Made by a program: the position numbers and the translations under genes. Below the pieces are notes generated by a model, which did not search any database, was not told the DNA's origin, and saw nothing but the letters and a program-made list of their open reading frames with translations. Shown here in pieces: positions 48,346-57,947 of a stretch of 64,000 bases of DNA; within the stretch, counting starts at the first letter, position 1; every line of letters begins with the position of its first letter. This DNA comes from Thermoanaerobaculia bacterium (GTDB lineage: Bacteria; Acidobacteriota; Thermoanaerobaculia; UBA5066), in NCBI GenBank assembly GCA_963719225.1, contig CAVRAY010000001.1, forward strand, positions 352,001 to 416,000, in the 5' to 3' direction.

Positions 48346-49049
48346 CGAGAAACATCCGGGCCGTCTTTTTCGACGCGGGGCAGACCCTTCTCGAGGCGGA
48401 TCCGCCCGTGGAGGAGGTCTACCGCAAAGCGTTCGCGACGCATGGAGTCGAGGCGGAGCTCGACGCGGTGCACCACGCCGTCCGCGCGACGTGGCAGGAG
48501 GTCGACGCCCGGCGCGCACGCGGTGAGGAACGCTGGGGAGGGCCGGAGGGCGAGGTGGGGTTCTGGCGGCGCTTCGTCGAGGAGGTCTTCGGCCGCTCGG
48601 GCGGGAGCGGGCTGCCGGAGCCGCTGCTCAAAGGTCTCGTCGAGCACTTCCGCGAGGACAAGCACTGGAGGGTCTATCCCGAGGCGCGCGAGGTCCTCTC
48701 GGCGCTTCGCGGCGCGGGAATGACGCTCTTCGTCGTCAGCAACTGGGACTCCACGCTCGTGACCCTCCTCGAGAGGCTGGAGCTTTCGCCCTTCTTCGAC
48801 GGCGTCATCGTCTCGGCGGTCTTCGGAGCCTCGAAGCCCTCGCGAGCCATCTTCGACGAGGCCATCCGCCTCGCGGGCGTTCCCCACGCGGAAGCTCTTC
48901 ACGTGGGCGATTCGCTCGTCGACGACTATCACGGCGCGCGCGCGGCGGGCCTTCACGCGCTGCTCCTCGACCGCGCGGGGCGCGCGCCCGAAGGCTTCGA
49001 GACCATCCGCTCCCTGTCCGAGCTGCCGCTCCGGCTTCTGGCCCGCTAG
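48342..49049 (+). CDS. HAD-superfamily hydrolase
   Basis: Motif I 'FFDAGQTL' lies upstream of the tracked GTG at 48408; also 'VSNWD', 'KP', 'HVGD'. Probable CTG start at 48342. Confidence 0.85.
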   Translation: MTRNIRAVFFDAGQTLLEADPPVEEVYRKAFATHGVEAELDAVHHAVRATWQEVDARRARGEERWGGPEGEVGFWRRFVEEVFGRSGGSGLPEPLLKGLVEHFREDKHWRVYPEAREVLSALRGAGMTLFVVSNWDSTLVTLLERLELSPFFDGVIVSAVFGASKPSRAIFDEAIRLAGVPHAEALHVGDSLVDDYHGARAAGLHALLLDRAGRAPEGFETIRSLSELPLRLLAR

Positions 49050-49092
49050 ACTCGCGCGACTGGGTCGCAGGCGCATCGCAGGAGGAACCCGT

Positions 49093-50697
49093 TTGAGAGA
49101 CCGGCTGTTTCGGACGAAGACGATCGAGCAGCTCCAGGCGAGCATGGAAGAGCCTGTTCCCGGCCAGGGACATCTCAAGCGGACGCTCACGGCGTGGGAC
49201 CTCACGTTCATGGGTGTCGGCGCGATCATCGGGGCCGGAATCCTCTCGAGTCTCGGCACCGGGCTCGCCGGCGGCTTCGACTCCTCCTACGGCGTCACGC
49301 GTCCTCCCGCGGGGCCCGCCCTGATGATCAGCTTCCTCCTCACGGCCGTTGCCTGCGGGTTCACGGCGTTCTGCTACGCGGAGATGGCCTCCATGATTCC
49401 CGTCTCCGGCTCGGCCTACACGTACGCCTACGCGACGCTCGGCGAGCTGATGGCGTGGATCATCGGCTGGGACCTCCTCCTCGAATACGCGATCTCGAAC
49501 GTGGCGGTCGCGATCTCGTGGGGAAGTTACGCGAACAACCTCCTGCAGGGCGTGGGGATCCATCTGCCCGGCTGGCTCACGCTCGACAGCCGCACGATGC
49601 TGCAGGTGAGCGAGGAGTTTCTGAAGGCGCACCCGGACGCGTCGAGCCTCTCGGCGAGGCTCGGCTATCTCGCGCAGGCCAAGTCGGGCGCCCTCGCCGG
49701 CGCGACGGCGTTCCCGAGCTGGGACGCCCTGTCAGCCGCTCCTCAGGTCGGCGGATTTCCCGTCGGGATGAACCTCCTCGCGATGCTCATCACGATCGTC
49801 ATCACGGCTCTCTGCGCGTGGGGCATCAAGGAATCCGCGCGCTTCAACAACGTGATCGTCTTCGTGAAGGTCGTGCTCCTCCTCGGCGTCATCGCCATCG
49901 GCGCGTTCTACGTCAAGCCCGCGAACTACATCCCGTTCTCGCCGAACGGCCTCAAGGGCATCCAGGCGGGCGCCGCAATCATCTTTTTCGCGTTCATCGG
50001 CTTCGACGCGGTGTCGACGACGGCCGAGGAGACACGCAATCCCGGCCGGGACCTCCCGCGCGGGATCCTGGGGAGCCTCGCGATCTGCACGGTGATCTAC
50101 GTCGGGGTCTGCGCGGTCGTCGCGGGCATCCTCCCGTACGCGGCCTACCGCGGCGTCGCCGATCCCATCGCGCACGCGTTCTCGTCCATCGGAATGAACC
50201 GCGTCGCCGGCATCGTGTCGATCGGCGCCGTCGCGGCGCTCTCGGGGGCGCTCCTCGTCTACCAGCTCGCGCAGCCGCGGATCTTCATGGCGATGGCGCG
50301 CGACGGCCTCCTGCCGCGCTGGTTCGCGCACGTCGGCCCGCGCGGAACGCCGCTGAACGCCACTTGGGTCACGGGCGTCCTCGTCGTGGTTCCGGCGGGA
50401 CTCCTGAACATCGACGAGGTCGTGGAGCTCACGAACATCGGGACGCTCTTCGCGTTCGTCCTCGTCTGCCTCGGGGTCCTCATCCTGCGCGTGAGGCGTC
50501 CGGAGGCGCTTCGCAAGTTCAAGACCCCCGCCGTGTGGCTGAGCGCGCCGCTCGGAATCCTCTTCTGCCTCTGGCTCGCGCTGGGCCTGCCGAAGCACAC
50601 CTGGGAGCGCTTCGTGATCTGGCTCGCGATCGGTCTCGCGCTCTACTTCCTCTACGGCATCCGCCGGAGCCGCCTCGAAGCGCGCACGCTCAGTTGA
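49093..50697 (+). CDS. APC-family amino acid permease
   Basis: 'GVGAIIGAGI', 'CYAEMAS..PVSGSAYTY', 'FIGFDAVST.AEE'. Confidence 0.93.
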   Translation: MRDRLFRTKTIEQLQASMEEPVPGQGHLKRTLTAWDLTFMGVGAIIGAGILSSLGTGLAGGFDSSYGVTRPPAGPALMISFLLTAVACGFTAFCYAEMASMIPVSGSAYTYAYATLGELMAWIIGWDLLLEYAISNVAVAISWGSYANNLLQGVGIHLPGWLTLDSRTMLQVSEEFLKAHPDASSLSARLGYLAQAKSGALAGATAFPSWDALSAAPQVGGFPVGMNLLAMLITIVITALCAWGIKESARFNNVIVFVKVVLLLGVIAIGAFYVKPANYIPFSPNGLKGIQAGAAIIFFAFIGFDAVSTTAEETRNPGRDLPRGILGSLAICTVIYVGVCAVVAGILPYAAYRGVADPIAHAFSSIGMNRVAGIVSIGAVAALSGALLVYQLAQPRIFMAMARDGLLPRWFAHVGPRGTPLNATWVTGVLVVVPAGLLNIDEVVELTNIGTLFAFVLVCLGVLILRVRRPEALRKFKTPAVWLSAPLGILFCLWLALGLPKHTWERFVIWLAIGLALYFLYGIRRSRLEARTLS

Positions 50698-51175
50698 CCG
50701 TGTAGCGGAGCCGTTCCAGGAAGGCGCTCGCGAGCGGATCGCCCGGGTGGAGGCGGAGCACCTCTTCGAACTCGCGCGTCGCTTCCGCGATCTGTCCGCG
50801 GGAGAAGTAGAGCCGCCCCAGGTTCAGGTAGGGAAAGTGCCGGGGCTCGTAGCGCTCGGCGCGCTTGGCCTTCTCGAACCACTCGACGGCCTCCTCGGGA
50901 CGGTCGAGCTGGATCAGATACGACCCGATGTCGTTGTACGGATTGCCGAAGCTCGGATCCGTCGCGATCGCCTTGCGGCATTCGGCGATCGCGTCCTCGA
51001 ATCGGCCGAGGAACGAGTACGCCCAGCCGCGAAACGTGTAGCCCTCCGCGGTCGGCGCCACCATCAGCGACTTCGTGAAGAGCTCTATGGCTCCGGACAC
51101 GTCGCCGGTCAGGAGCGCCTCGGTGCCCTCTTCCCACAGGCTCAAAGCGCGGGAGCGAATGTCCTCGCCCGACAT
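50690..51175 (-). CDS. TPR protein
   Basis: TPR pattern 'AIAECRKAIATDPSFGNPYNDIG'. Confidence 0.85.
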   Translation of the reverse strand: MSGEDIRSRALSLWEEGTEALLTGDVSGAIELFTKSLMVAPTAEGYTFRGWAYSFLGRFEDAIAECRKAIATDPSFGNPYNDIGSYLIQLDRPEEAVEWFEKAKRAERYEPRHFPYLNLGRLYFSRGQIAEATREFEEVLRLHPGDPLASAFLERLRYTVN

Positions 51176-51195
51176 GAGGAGAGTCTACCTTCGCC

Positions 51196-52269
51196 TCAGC
51201 GGAGCGCGCCCAACCCGCCCGTTCCCGCGTAACCCGTCATCTCGACGTACCCGCGGCCGAGCGGCGCGTGGTCGGACGCGGCGCGCACGTCGCAGGCGCC
51301 CTCCCAGTACGTCACGCGCGTGGACTTCTCCGTCACGAGCTCCTGGCCGGCGAGGACCGGAACGACGTCGAGGTGAAGCGACGCACGAGGCACGTGGAGC
51401 GTCCAGCGCGACGGATACGTCCCGCCGCTCTCCGGGCTCTTCCAGCGGGCGGTCTCCTCTATGGAAAAGTCCTCCGGGGAAAGAGGCTGAGCTCTCCCGT
51501 CCTTCGCGACGAGCGTCCCGGAAGAGAACGAGGCGGCTCCGGCCTTCCCGCGCATCCGGTAGAGCATGAGGTCGCGCCCGTCGAGAAGGTGCAGGCCGAA
51601 CCAGTCCCAGCCCGCCGTGTCCCTTCCGATCGAGCCCGTGCCCCATTCGTGATCGAACCAGGAAAGCCCCGTTACGGGTTCGCTCTTCCCGCCGCCCGTC
51701 CACCACCCCTCGGTGCGAAGGCGCGTCAGGCTCACGTATCGGCTGACCGCCTCGCGCTCGGAGCCCTTGCGCGAAAGGCCCCCCTCGCCGTGGAGGACCG
51801 GGGCCTTTTCGGGAGTCAGGACGAGCGAGATCTCCTCGCCGCGGTCCGCCGCGAAAAGCACGAGCCGGCCCCCGACTTCCTCGAGGCGCCAGTCCTCGTT
51901 CGCGACGAAGAGCCGGTCCTCGCGAGCGAACGCCGCTCCGACGCCCGACCGGTGGGCGCGCTCCGCGAACCGAAACGTCCCGGCGGCCGCGTCCGTCCGC
52001 GCGAAGTGCGCGAGGAAGAGGTCGCGGGCGGCGAACGCCGACGTGCGCGCGGAGCGGGGCTCGTCGGCGATACCCGTGCGAAAGAACGTGAGCTGGTAGC
52101 CCAGCCGCTTCCCGGAAGACGTCTCGAGCTGACCCGTGACGTACCACCACTCCACGCGCGCGTCGTCGTGCGAGGCGTGATCGCGGGGGAACGAGAGATT
52201 TTGCTTCGGATCGATGGGATTGAAGCGTCCGGCGAACAGGAGGAGCGCGAGTGCGAGATGCTTCATCAT
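51196..52269 (-). CDS. AttH-like lipocalin-domain secreted protein
   Basis: 'FPRDH', 'EWWYVTG', 'WFDHEW', 'GWDWF', 'YWEG', 'GYVEMTGY'. Confidence 0.85.
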   Translation of the reverse strand: MMKHLALALLLFAGRFNPIDPKQNLSFPRDHASHDDARVEWWYVTGQLETSSGKRLGYQLTFFRTGIADEPRSARTSAFAARDLFLAHFARTDAAAGTFRFAERAHRSGVGAAFAREDRLFVANEDWRLEEVGGRLVLFAADRGEEISLVLTPEKAPVLHGEGGLSRKGSEREAVSRYVSLTRLRTEGWWTGGGKSEPVTGLSWFDHEWGTGSIGRDTAGWDWFGLHLLDGRDLMLYRMRGKAGAASFSSGTLVAKDGRAQPLSPEDFSIEETARWKSPESGGTYPSRWTLHVPRASLHLDVVPVLAGQELVTEKSTRVTYWEGACDVRAASDHAPLGRGYVEMTGYAGTGGLGALR

Positions 52270-54968
52270 TCTTCTTTCAGTGCGGCCGCGACGTCCGTCG
52301 CGGCCGCGAGGCCGGCCGGCCGTGACGCGGCCGCGAGCGTCGCGAGGAGGACGAGGCCGAGCGCCGCCGCGAGAAAGGTCCACGGCACGTGCATCGCGAT
52401 GGTCCAGCCGAACGACTGGCGATTGATCACGTTCACGAGCACGAACGACATCGCGCCGCCCGCGAGCGCCCCGAGGCCGACTCCGAGGCCGCCGATCGCG
52501 GCGGCTTCGTACCTGACCGCGCGCCTCACGCGCGCCGCCGAAGCGCCGAGGACGCGGAGGAGGCCGATCTCGCGCCGCCTCTCCAGGACGAGCGCGGTCA
52601 GCGTGTTGAAGACGCCGAGGACCGCGACAGCGAGCGCAACCGCCTCGAGCGCGTACGTGACGGCGAACGTCCGGTCGAAGATCTTGAGGACGACTCGCCG
52701 GAGCGTGGCGTTCGTCCGGACGCGGAGCGCGAACCGCGCGCGCAGAGCCGCCGCCACGCGGCGCGCGCCCTCCTCGGGCGTGATTCCGTTCCGGAGCGTC
52801 ACGGCGAGAGTCACGGCGCCCGTCAGCGACCACAGCCTCTGGAAGTGCGCGCGGTCGAGCGTGACGGTGCCACGGTCGTTGGAATAATCCGTGTAGATCC
52901 CGGCGACGCGCACCTGGACGGGCCCGCGGTCCGTGGGGAGCTCCACGAAATCGCCTATCTTCATGCGGAACTTCTCGGCGAACGGCTCCGAGATCATCGC
53001 CTCGTCCTTCGCGAGGGCTTCCGCAAGGACCGTCCGCGTATCGCGCCCGTCCACGAGAGGCAGGTTCCCGTGCTTCGCGATGAACGAGAAGAGGCCGGAG
53101 CCGATGGTGAAGGGCACACCGTCCCTCGTGGCCGAGAAAGCCAGGAAAGGATCGACCTCGTCCACGCCCGGCACGCTCCTCACGAGCTCGATCGCCTCGT
53201 CCGGGATCCTGCCGAAGGACGGTCCCGATCGTCCGCTCGCCGGCGACAGGAAGAGATCCGAGGCGAGCGTCTCTTCCACCCACGTCGAGACCGTCGTGCG
53301 GAAGGAGCCGACCATGACCGCGACCGAGACCATCATCGAAAGGGCCATCGTGAGCGCGGCGACGGCGACCGACGTGCGCGAGAGGCTGCCCGTCAGGTTC
53401 GCGCGCGCGATCCGGGCCTCGACGCCGAAGAGGCGCAGCGCGAGAGCGTCCAAACGTGCCGCCGCGAACGTCACGGCCGCGGGTGCGAGGAGAGAGACGC
53501 CTGAGACGATCAGGAACACCGAGACGAATCCGAAGAGCGGCAGGCCCTCGACGGGCCCGGGCCGCGTCGCGAGGAACGCGAGGACGAGCAGGGCGGAGCC
53601 CGCGATCGCGAGCGGACGCGTGCGTCGCCGTCGCGCGGCCTCGACGGAGCCGTGGCGCATCGTCGCCGCGGGCTCGACGGCCGCGGCCTCGAGGGCGGGA
53701 GCGAGAGCCGACAGGACGGACGTGACGACGCCGGCGGCGAACGCGAAGAGCAGCACGAGAGGCTCGAAGTGGAGCGCGGGATGCGCCGACGGCAGGTAGA
53801 GCTCGGTCGCGGTGCCGCCCACGAGAAGGAGCGCGCCCTTCGCGAGCGCCAGGCCGAGCGCCACGCCGGCCGCGCTGCCGAGGATGCCGAGGGCGAGGCC
53901 CTCGGCGAGGAACACGCCGAACACGGAGCGCTTCGAGGCCCCGAGCGCCCGGACCGTGCCGATGTCCGTGCGCCGCCTCAGGACCGAGATGGACAGCGTG
54001 TTGTAGACGAAGTACATCCCGACGAGGAGCGCGATCAGTCCGAGCGCGGACAGGTTTACCCGAAACGCGCGCACGAGGCGATCGACGGTTTCCGTGCGCC
54101 GTTCCGGGCGTCCGGCCGTCGTGCCGGGCGGCAGAGAAGCGCGGATCTCCTCCTCGAAACGCGCGCGATCGTCTTCGGAGAGACCCGGCGGCAGGACGAC
54201 GTCGATGCGGTCGAGACGGCCGACCTTCCCGAACGCCTCCTGCGCGACCGCGAGGTCCATGAACACGATAGACCCGGCAGCCGCGCGCGCAGCTCCGGTG
54301 GGGCGAAGCACGGCGGCGACGCGGAACCTTCGTTCTTTGCCATTGGTCACGAGCGGCAGGTAGTCGCCAGTATGAAGATGATTCTTTTCTGCAAATACAG
54401 ATGTGACGAGAATCGAATCCTTCTCGAAGATGGACAGGGCGTCGCTCGCTTCGCTCGCGTGCTTAGAAGGGTAATTTTGCTCCGGCGCCGCGGCGCGCTC
54501 TTTGCCCTTTTCACCTTCTAAGAAAGACTGCGATGGGTGAGCTCCACTGTAGCTCGCGTGCTCCGCCGAACCGTCCTGCGAGGGAGCAAAAGAATATTCC
54601 CGCGCTGCCCCGTCTGCGAGCGGATCGATGCCGAGCACCTCGACAACCTCGCCGTCCGCAGCTCCCGCCGCGGCCGTCTCGGTGATCGCCGGCGCGAGCG
54701 TCGCGCCCGCGCGTCGGAGCCAGGCGAGGCGCTCGAGCGTGGCCTCGGGGATGCCCGGGCCGTCGGCGAGTACGGTGATCCCGGCCTTCCCGGCGACGAA
54801 GTCCACGGTGTCGGAGAAGGACGAAAGCACCGACGCGTTCGCGAGGCGGATCGCGGCGATCGTCGCGACGCCGACGGCGATGCCCGAGACAGTGAGCAGG
54901 AACCGGAGGCGGTCTTTCGCGGCCGGCCGGAGGACGAGAGGGCCGACGAGCGCGAAGAAGCCGGTCAC
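52266..54968 (-). CDS. ABC transporter permease, FtsX/MacB-like
   Basis: Two MacB-periplasmic + FtsX halves; 'RRRTDIGTVRALGAS', 'ERRREIGLLRVLGAS'. Confidence 0.9.
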   Translation of the reverse strand: MTGFFALVGPLVLRPAAKDRLRFLLTVSGIAVGVATIAAIRLANASVLSSFSDTVDFVAGKAGITVLADGPGIPEATLERLAWLRRAGATLAPAITETAAAGAADGEVVEVLGIDPLADGAAREYSFAPSQDGSAEHASYSGAHPSQSFLEGEKGKERAAAPEQNYPSKHASEASDALSIFEKDSILVTSVFAEKNHLHTGDYLPLVTNGKERRFRVAAVLRPTGAARAAAGSIVFMDLAVAQEAFGKVGRLDRIDVVLPPGLSEDDRARFEEEIRASLPPGTTAGRPERRTETVDRLVRAFRVNLSALGLIALLVGMYFVYNTLSISVLRRRTDIGTVRALGASKRSVFGVFLAEGLALGILGSAAGVALGLALAKGALLLVGGTATELYLPSAHPALHFEPLVLLFAFAAGVVTSVLSALAPALEAAAVEPAATMRHGSVEAARRRRTRPLAIAGSALLVLAFLATRPGPVEGLPLFGFVSVFLIVSGVSLLAPAAVTFAAARLDALALRLFGVEARIARANLTGSLSRTSVAVAALTMALSMMVSVAVMVGSFRTTVSTWVEETLASDLFLSPASGRSGPSFGRIPDEAIELVRSVPGVDEVDPFLAFSATRDGVPFTIGSGLFSFIAKHGNLPLVDGRDTRTVLAEALAKDEAMISEPFAEKFRMKIGDFVELPTDRGPVQVRVAGIYTDYSNDRGTVTLDRAHFQRLWSLTGAVTLAVTLRNGITPEEGARRVAAALRARFALRVRTNATLRRVVLKIFDRTFAVTYALEAVALAVAVLGVFNTLTALVLERRREIGLLRVLGASAARVRRAVRYEAAAIGGLGVGLGALAGGAMSFVLVNVINRQSFGWTIAMHVPWTFLAAALGLVLLATLAAASRPAGLAAATDVAAALKEE
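54462..54522. repeat. In-frame inverted-repeat element, copy 1
   Basis: CTTAGAAGG (54462-70)...CCTTCTAAG (54514-22) with a central palindrome GCGCCGCGGCGC, inside an AT-rich patch of the permease gene. Confidence 0.6.
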
Positions 54969-55654
54969 GGCTCGAGCCTTCCGTCGCGCAGGCGAAGGAC
55001 GCGCGAGGCGTGTGCCGCGGCTTCGGCGGAATGCGTCGCCATCACGACGGTGATGCCGCGCTCCGCCACGAGGCCGGAGACGAGATCGAGGACCTGCCCG
55101 CCCGTCTTCGAGTCGAGATTTCCCGTGGGCTCGTCGGCGAGGAGAAGAGCGGGCTCGTTCGCGAGCGCCCGCGCCACGGCGACGCGCTGCATCTGTCCGC
55201 CCGAGAGCTCGTACGGGTAGGCGCGCTCCTTGTCCGCGAGGCCGACGTCGAGAAGGCCGCGCGCCGCGCGCACGTCCGCGTCAGGCGGAGACACTCCCTC
55301 GAGGAGAAGCGGCAGCGCGACGTTCTCGAGCGCGGTCATCGTGGGGAGGAGATTGAAGAACTGGAACACAGTGGCCGCCGTTTTCCGCCGATACGCGTCG
55401 CGGTCGTCCTCGGACAGCGTCGCGAGGTCCTTCCCGTCCACGAGGACCCGGCCGGACGTCGGGCGGTCGAGGCCGCCGAGGAGATTCAGGAGCGTCGACT
55501 TGCCGCAACCCGATGGGCCGAGCAGCGCCGTGAAGGTGCCGGGCTCGAGCGCGAAGGAGACGCCGAGGAGCGCGTCCACGCCCGCCGCCCCGCTTCCGCC
55601 GCCGTAGGACTTCGTCACGGACTCGGCCATCACGCGGGCGCCCACGACCCTCAT
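54965..55654 (-). CDS. ABC transporter ATP-binding protein (LolD/MacB-like)
   Basis: GPSGCGKS, LSGGQ, 'LLADEPTGNLD'. Confidence 0.92.
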   Translation of the reverse strand: MRVVGARVMAESVTKSYGGGSGAAGVDALLGVSFALEPGTFTALLGPSGCGKSTLLNLLGGLDRPTSGRVLVDGKDLATLSEDDRDAYRRKTAATVFQFFNLLPTMTALENVALPLLLEGVSPPDADVRAARGLLDVGLADKERAYPYELSGGQMQRVAVARALANEPALLLADEPTGNLDSKTGGQVLDLVSGLVAERGITVVMATHSAEAAAHASRVLRLRDGRLEP

Positions 55655-55689
55655 CCTACGTATGATGCCCGCGTCGCGATGGACGCCGC

Positions 55690-56499
55690 GTGCTGAAGAA
55701 CCTCGCCGGCCTGTGGCGCCACCGCGCGCTCGCCTACGTCCTCGTCGCCCGCGAGCTGAAGGCACGTTATCGCGGCAGCGTGCTCGGGTTCTTCTGGTCG
55801 CTCCTGAATCCGCTCCTCATGCTCGCGGTCTACGCGATCGTCTTCGCCGTCATCTTCACGGGCCGCGGCCCGGAGACGTCGCCCTACGCGCTCTTTCTCT
55901 TCTCCGGCCTCCTGCCGTGGAACTGGCTCTCGTCGTCCCTGACGGACGCGGCCGCGTCGCTCACGACGCACGGCGCGCTCCTGAAGAAGATCCTCTTTCC
56001 GGCCGAGGTGCTGCCGCTCGTGGCGGTCCTCGCGCAGGGCCTCCACTTCGTCTTCGCTCTGCCGGTCCTCCTCGCCGGGCTCGTCCTCGGTGCGTTCGGG
56101 GTCTTCGGTCCGGCGATTCCCCTCGGATGGCCTCTCGTCCAGGCCGTGCCGCTCTTCGTCCTCGAGGGGGTGTTCGTCGCCGGCGTCGGCCTTTTCCTCG
56201 CCGCGCTCACGGTCCATTTCCGCGACGTGAAGGATCTCCTCGCGACGGCGCTGTCGCTCTGGTTTTTCGCGACGCCCGTCCTCTACACGCTCTCGGACAT
56301 CAAGCAGGATCGCATGCGTGCGCTCCTGAAGCTCAATCCCGCGGCGCCTCTCTTCGACGCGTGGCGCGACGCGCTCTTCTATGCCCGGTGGATCGAGCCG
56401 TCCCGGTGGGGGCTCCTCCTCGCGATCGCGCTGGTCGCGTTCTTCCTCGGATACGCGCTCTTCGACCGGCTGCGCGACTCGTACCCGGAGGCCGTGTGA
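55690..56499 (+). CDS. wzm: Polysaccharide ABC exporter permease
   Basis: 'RELKARYRGSVLGFFWSLLNPLL', 'FRDV', 'TPVLY', 'LNP'. Confidence 0.9.
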   Translation: MLKNLAGLWRHRALAYVLVARELKARYRGSVLGFFWSLLNPLLMLAVYAIVFAVIFTGRGPETSPYALFLFSGLLPWNWLSSSLTDAAASLTTHGALLKKILFPAEVLPLVAVLAQGLHFVFALPVLLAGLVLGAFGVFGPAIPLGWPLVQAVPLFVLEGVFVAGVGLFLAALTVHFRDVKDLLATALSLWFFATPVLYTLSDIKQDRMRALLKLNPAAPLFDAWRDALFYARWIEPSRWGLLLAIALVAFFLGYALFDRLRDSYPEAV

Positions 56500-57947
56500 A
56501 GACCGAAACGCAAGCCGCGTCCGCCGTCACGGCCGAGGGCCTGTCGAAGAGCTACCGCAAGTGGGGGAGGACGCGCGCGTTCGGGACGCTGAAGTCGGCG
56601 CTCCTCGGGCGGTCGCTGGCGGCGGCGCTCGCGCCGTCCGAGGTGGTCGCGGCGCTCTCGGACGTGTCCTTCACGGTCGCGCGCGGCGAGACCTTCGGCG
56701 TCGTCGGGCCGAACGGCTGCGGCAAGTCCACGCTGCTGAAGCTCGTCGCCGGCCTCTTCAAGCCCACTTCGGGGCGGATTTCCGTAGACGGAAAGGTCTC
56801 CGCCCTCATCGAGCTCGGCGCGGGCTTCCACCCGGAGATCTCGGGGCGCGAGAACGTCGTCATCAACGGCGTCATGCTCGGGCTCACGCGCAAGGAGATC
56901 GAGCGCAAGCTGCCCGAGATCATCGCGTTCTCGGGCCTCGAGGACTTCATCGACGAGCCCGTGAAGACGTACTCGTCGGGCATGTACGTGCGCCTCGGCT
57001 TTGCGGTGGCCGTGCACGTGGACCCGGACATCCTCGTCGTGGACGAGGTGCTCGCGGTGGGCGACGAGTCCTTCGCGCACCGCTGCCTCGACACGATCGC
57101 GGACTTCTCGCGGCGCGGCAAGACGATCTTCTTCGTGTCGCACTCGCTCGTCCTCGTGGAGGAGCTGTGCGACCGCGTGCTCTACCTTGAGAATGGCCGC
57201 GTCAAGGCGCTCGGCGACCCCAGGGAGACGCTCGCGAAATACCGCATGGACGTCGCGGCGGGGGAAGGTATGCGGCTTTCGACCGAGCACAAGAGGGATC
57301 AGGAAATTTTGCTTCGGACAAGAGAAGAGAAGATTTTCTTAGAAGGGGTAAAAGGGTCTGGGGCACCCGACGCCGGCGCGGTTGTCGAGCGAGCTGAAGC
57401 CGATTCCCCCTTCAAAGAAAATCCACCGTTTCCCGATGCTCCTCGAAAGCAGGATCTGGAACCGCCGTCGGAAAAACCTCTGGAACAGAAGATTCCTCTT
57501 CGCCGATGGGGTAACCGGGACGTGTCGATCACGGGATGCCGGCTGCTCGACTCTTCCGGCGCGGAGCGCTACGCGTTTCGCTCGGGGGAATCGCTGACAG
57601 TCGAGATTTCCGTCGAGCCGCGCGCGCCAACGTCCGACTTCGTCTTCGGCATCGGGATCTTCACTCCCGACGAGGTGTGCGTGCACGGGTGCAACACGGA
57701 GATCGACGGGTTCCTGCCGGAGCGTCTCGACGGCCCCGCGATCGTGCGCGTGACGCTGCCGCGCGCCGACCTCGGCACCGGGACGTACCTTCTGGACGTG
57801 GCGGTGCACTCCCGCCGCGAGACGCCGTACGACTACTGGCGCGGCGCGTGCCGCTTCCAGGTGGACTCGCCGGACCGCGAAGCCGGTCTCTACCGCCCCG
57901 AGCGCCGCTGGGCGTTTGCCGGCGCCGTCTGGGTGAGCTCGCGGTGA
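56496..57947 (+). CDS. wzt: Polysaccharide ABC exporter ATPase with Wzt-C domain
   Basis: GPNGCGKS, YSSGM, 'VDEVLAVGD', VSH and a C-terminal carbohydrate-binding-type domain. Confidence 0.9.
   Translation: MKTETQAASAVTAEGLSKSYRKWGRTRAFGTLKSALLGRSLAAALAPSEVVAALSDVSFTVARGETFGVVGPNGCGKSTLLKLVAGLFKPTSGRISVDGKVSALIELGAGFHPEISGRENVVINGVMLGLTRKEIERKLPEIIAFSGLEDFIDEPVKTYSSGMYVRLGFAVAVHVDPDILVVDEVLAVGDESFAHRCLDTIADFSRRGKTIFFVSHSLVLVEELCDRVLYLENGRVKALGDPRETLAKYRMDVAAGEGMRLSTEHKRDQEILLRTREEKIFLEGVKGSGAPDAGAVVERAEADSPFKENPPFPDAPRKQDLEPPSEKPLEQKIPLRRWGNRDVSITGCRLLDSSGAERYAFRSGESLTVEISVEPRAPTSDFVFGIGIFTPDEVCVHGCNTEIDGFLPERLDGPAIVRVTLPRADLGTGTYLLDVAVHSRRETPYDYWRGACRFQVDSPDREAGLYRPERRWAFAGAVWVSSR
57332..57423. 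repeat. In-frame inverted-repeat element, copy 2
   Basis: GATTTTCTTAGAAGGGG (57332-48)...CCCCTTCAAAGAAAATC (57407-23): 17-bp arms with one mismatch. Confidence 0.65.

Noticed and set aside
51196-52269. Carotenoid 1,2-hydratase (crtC) call
   Set aside because: No carotenoid genes are nearby, and the ABC ATPase-permease-lipocalin layout fits an AttEFGH-like operon.
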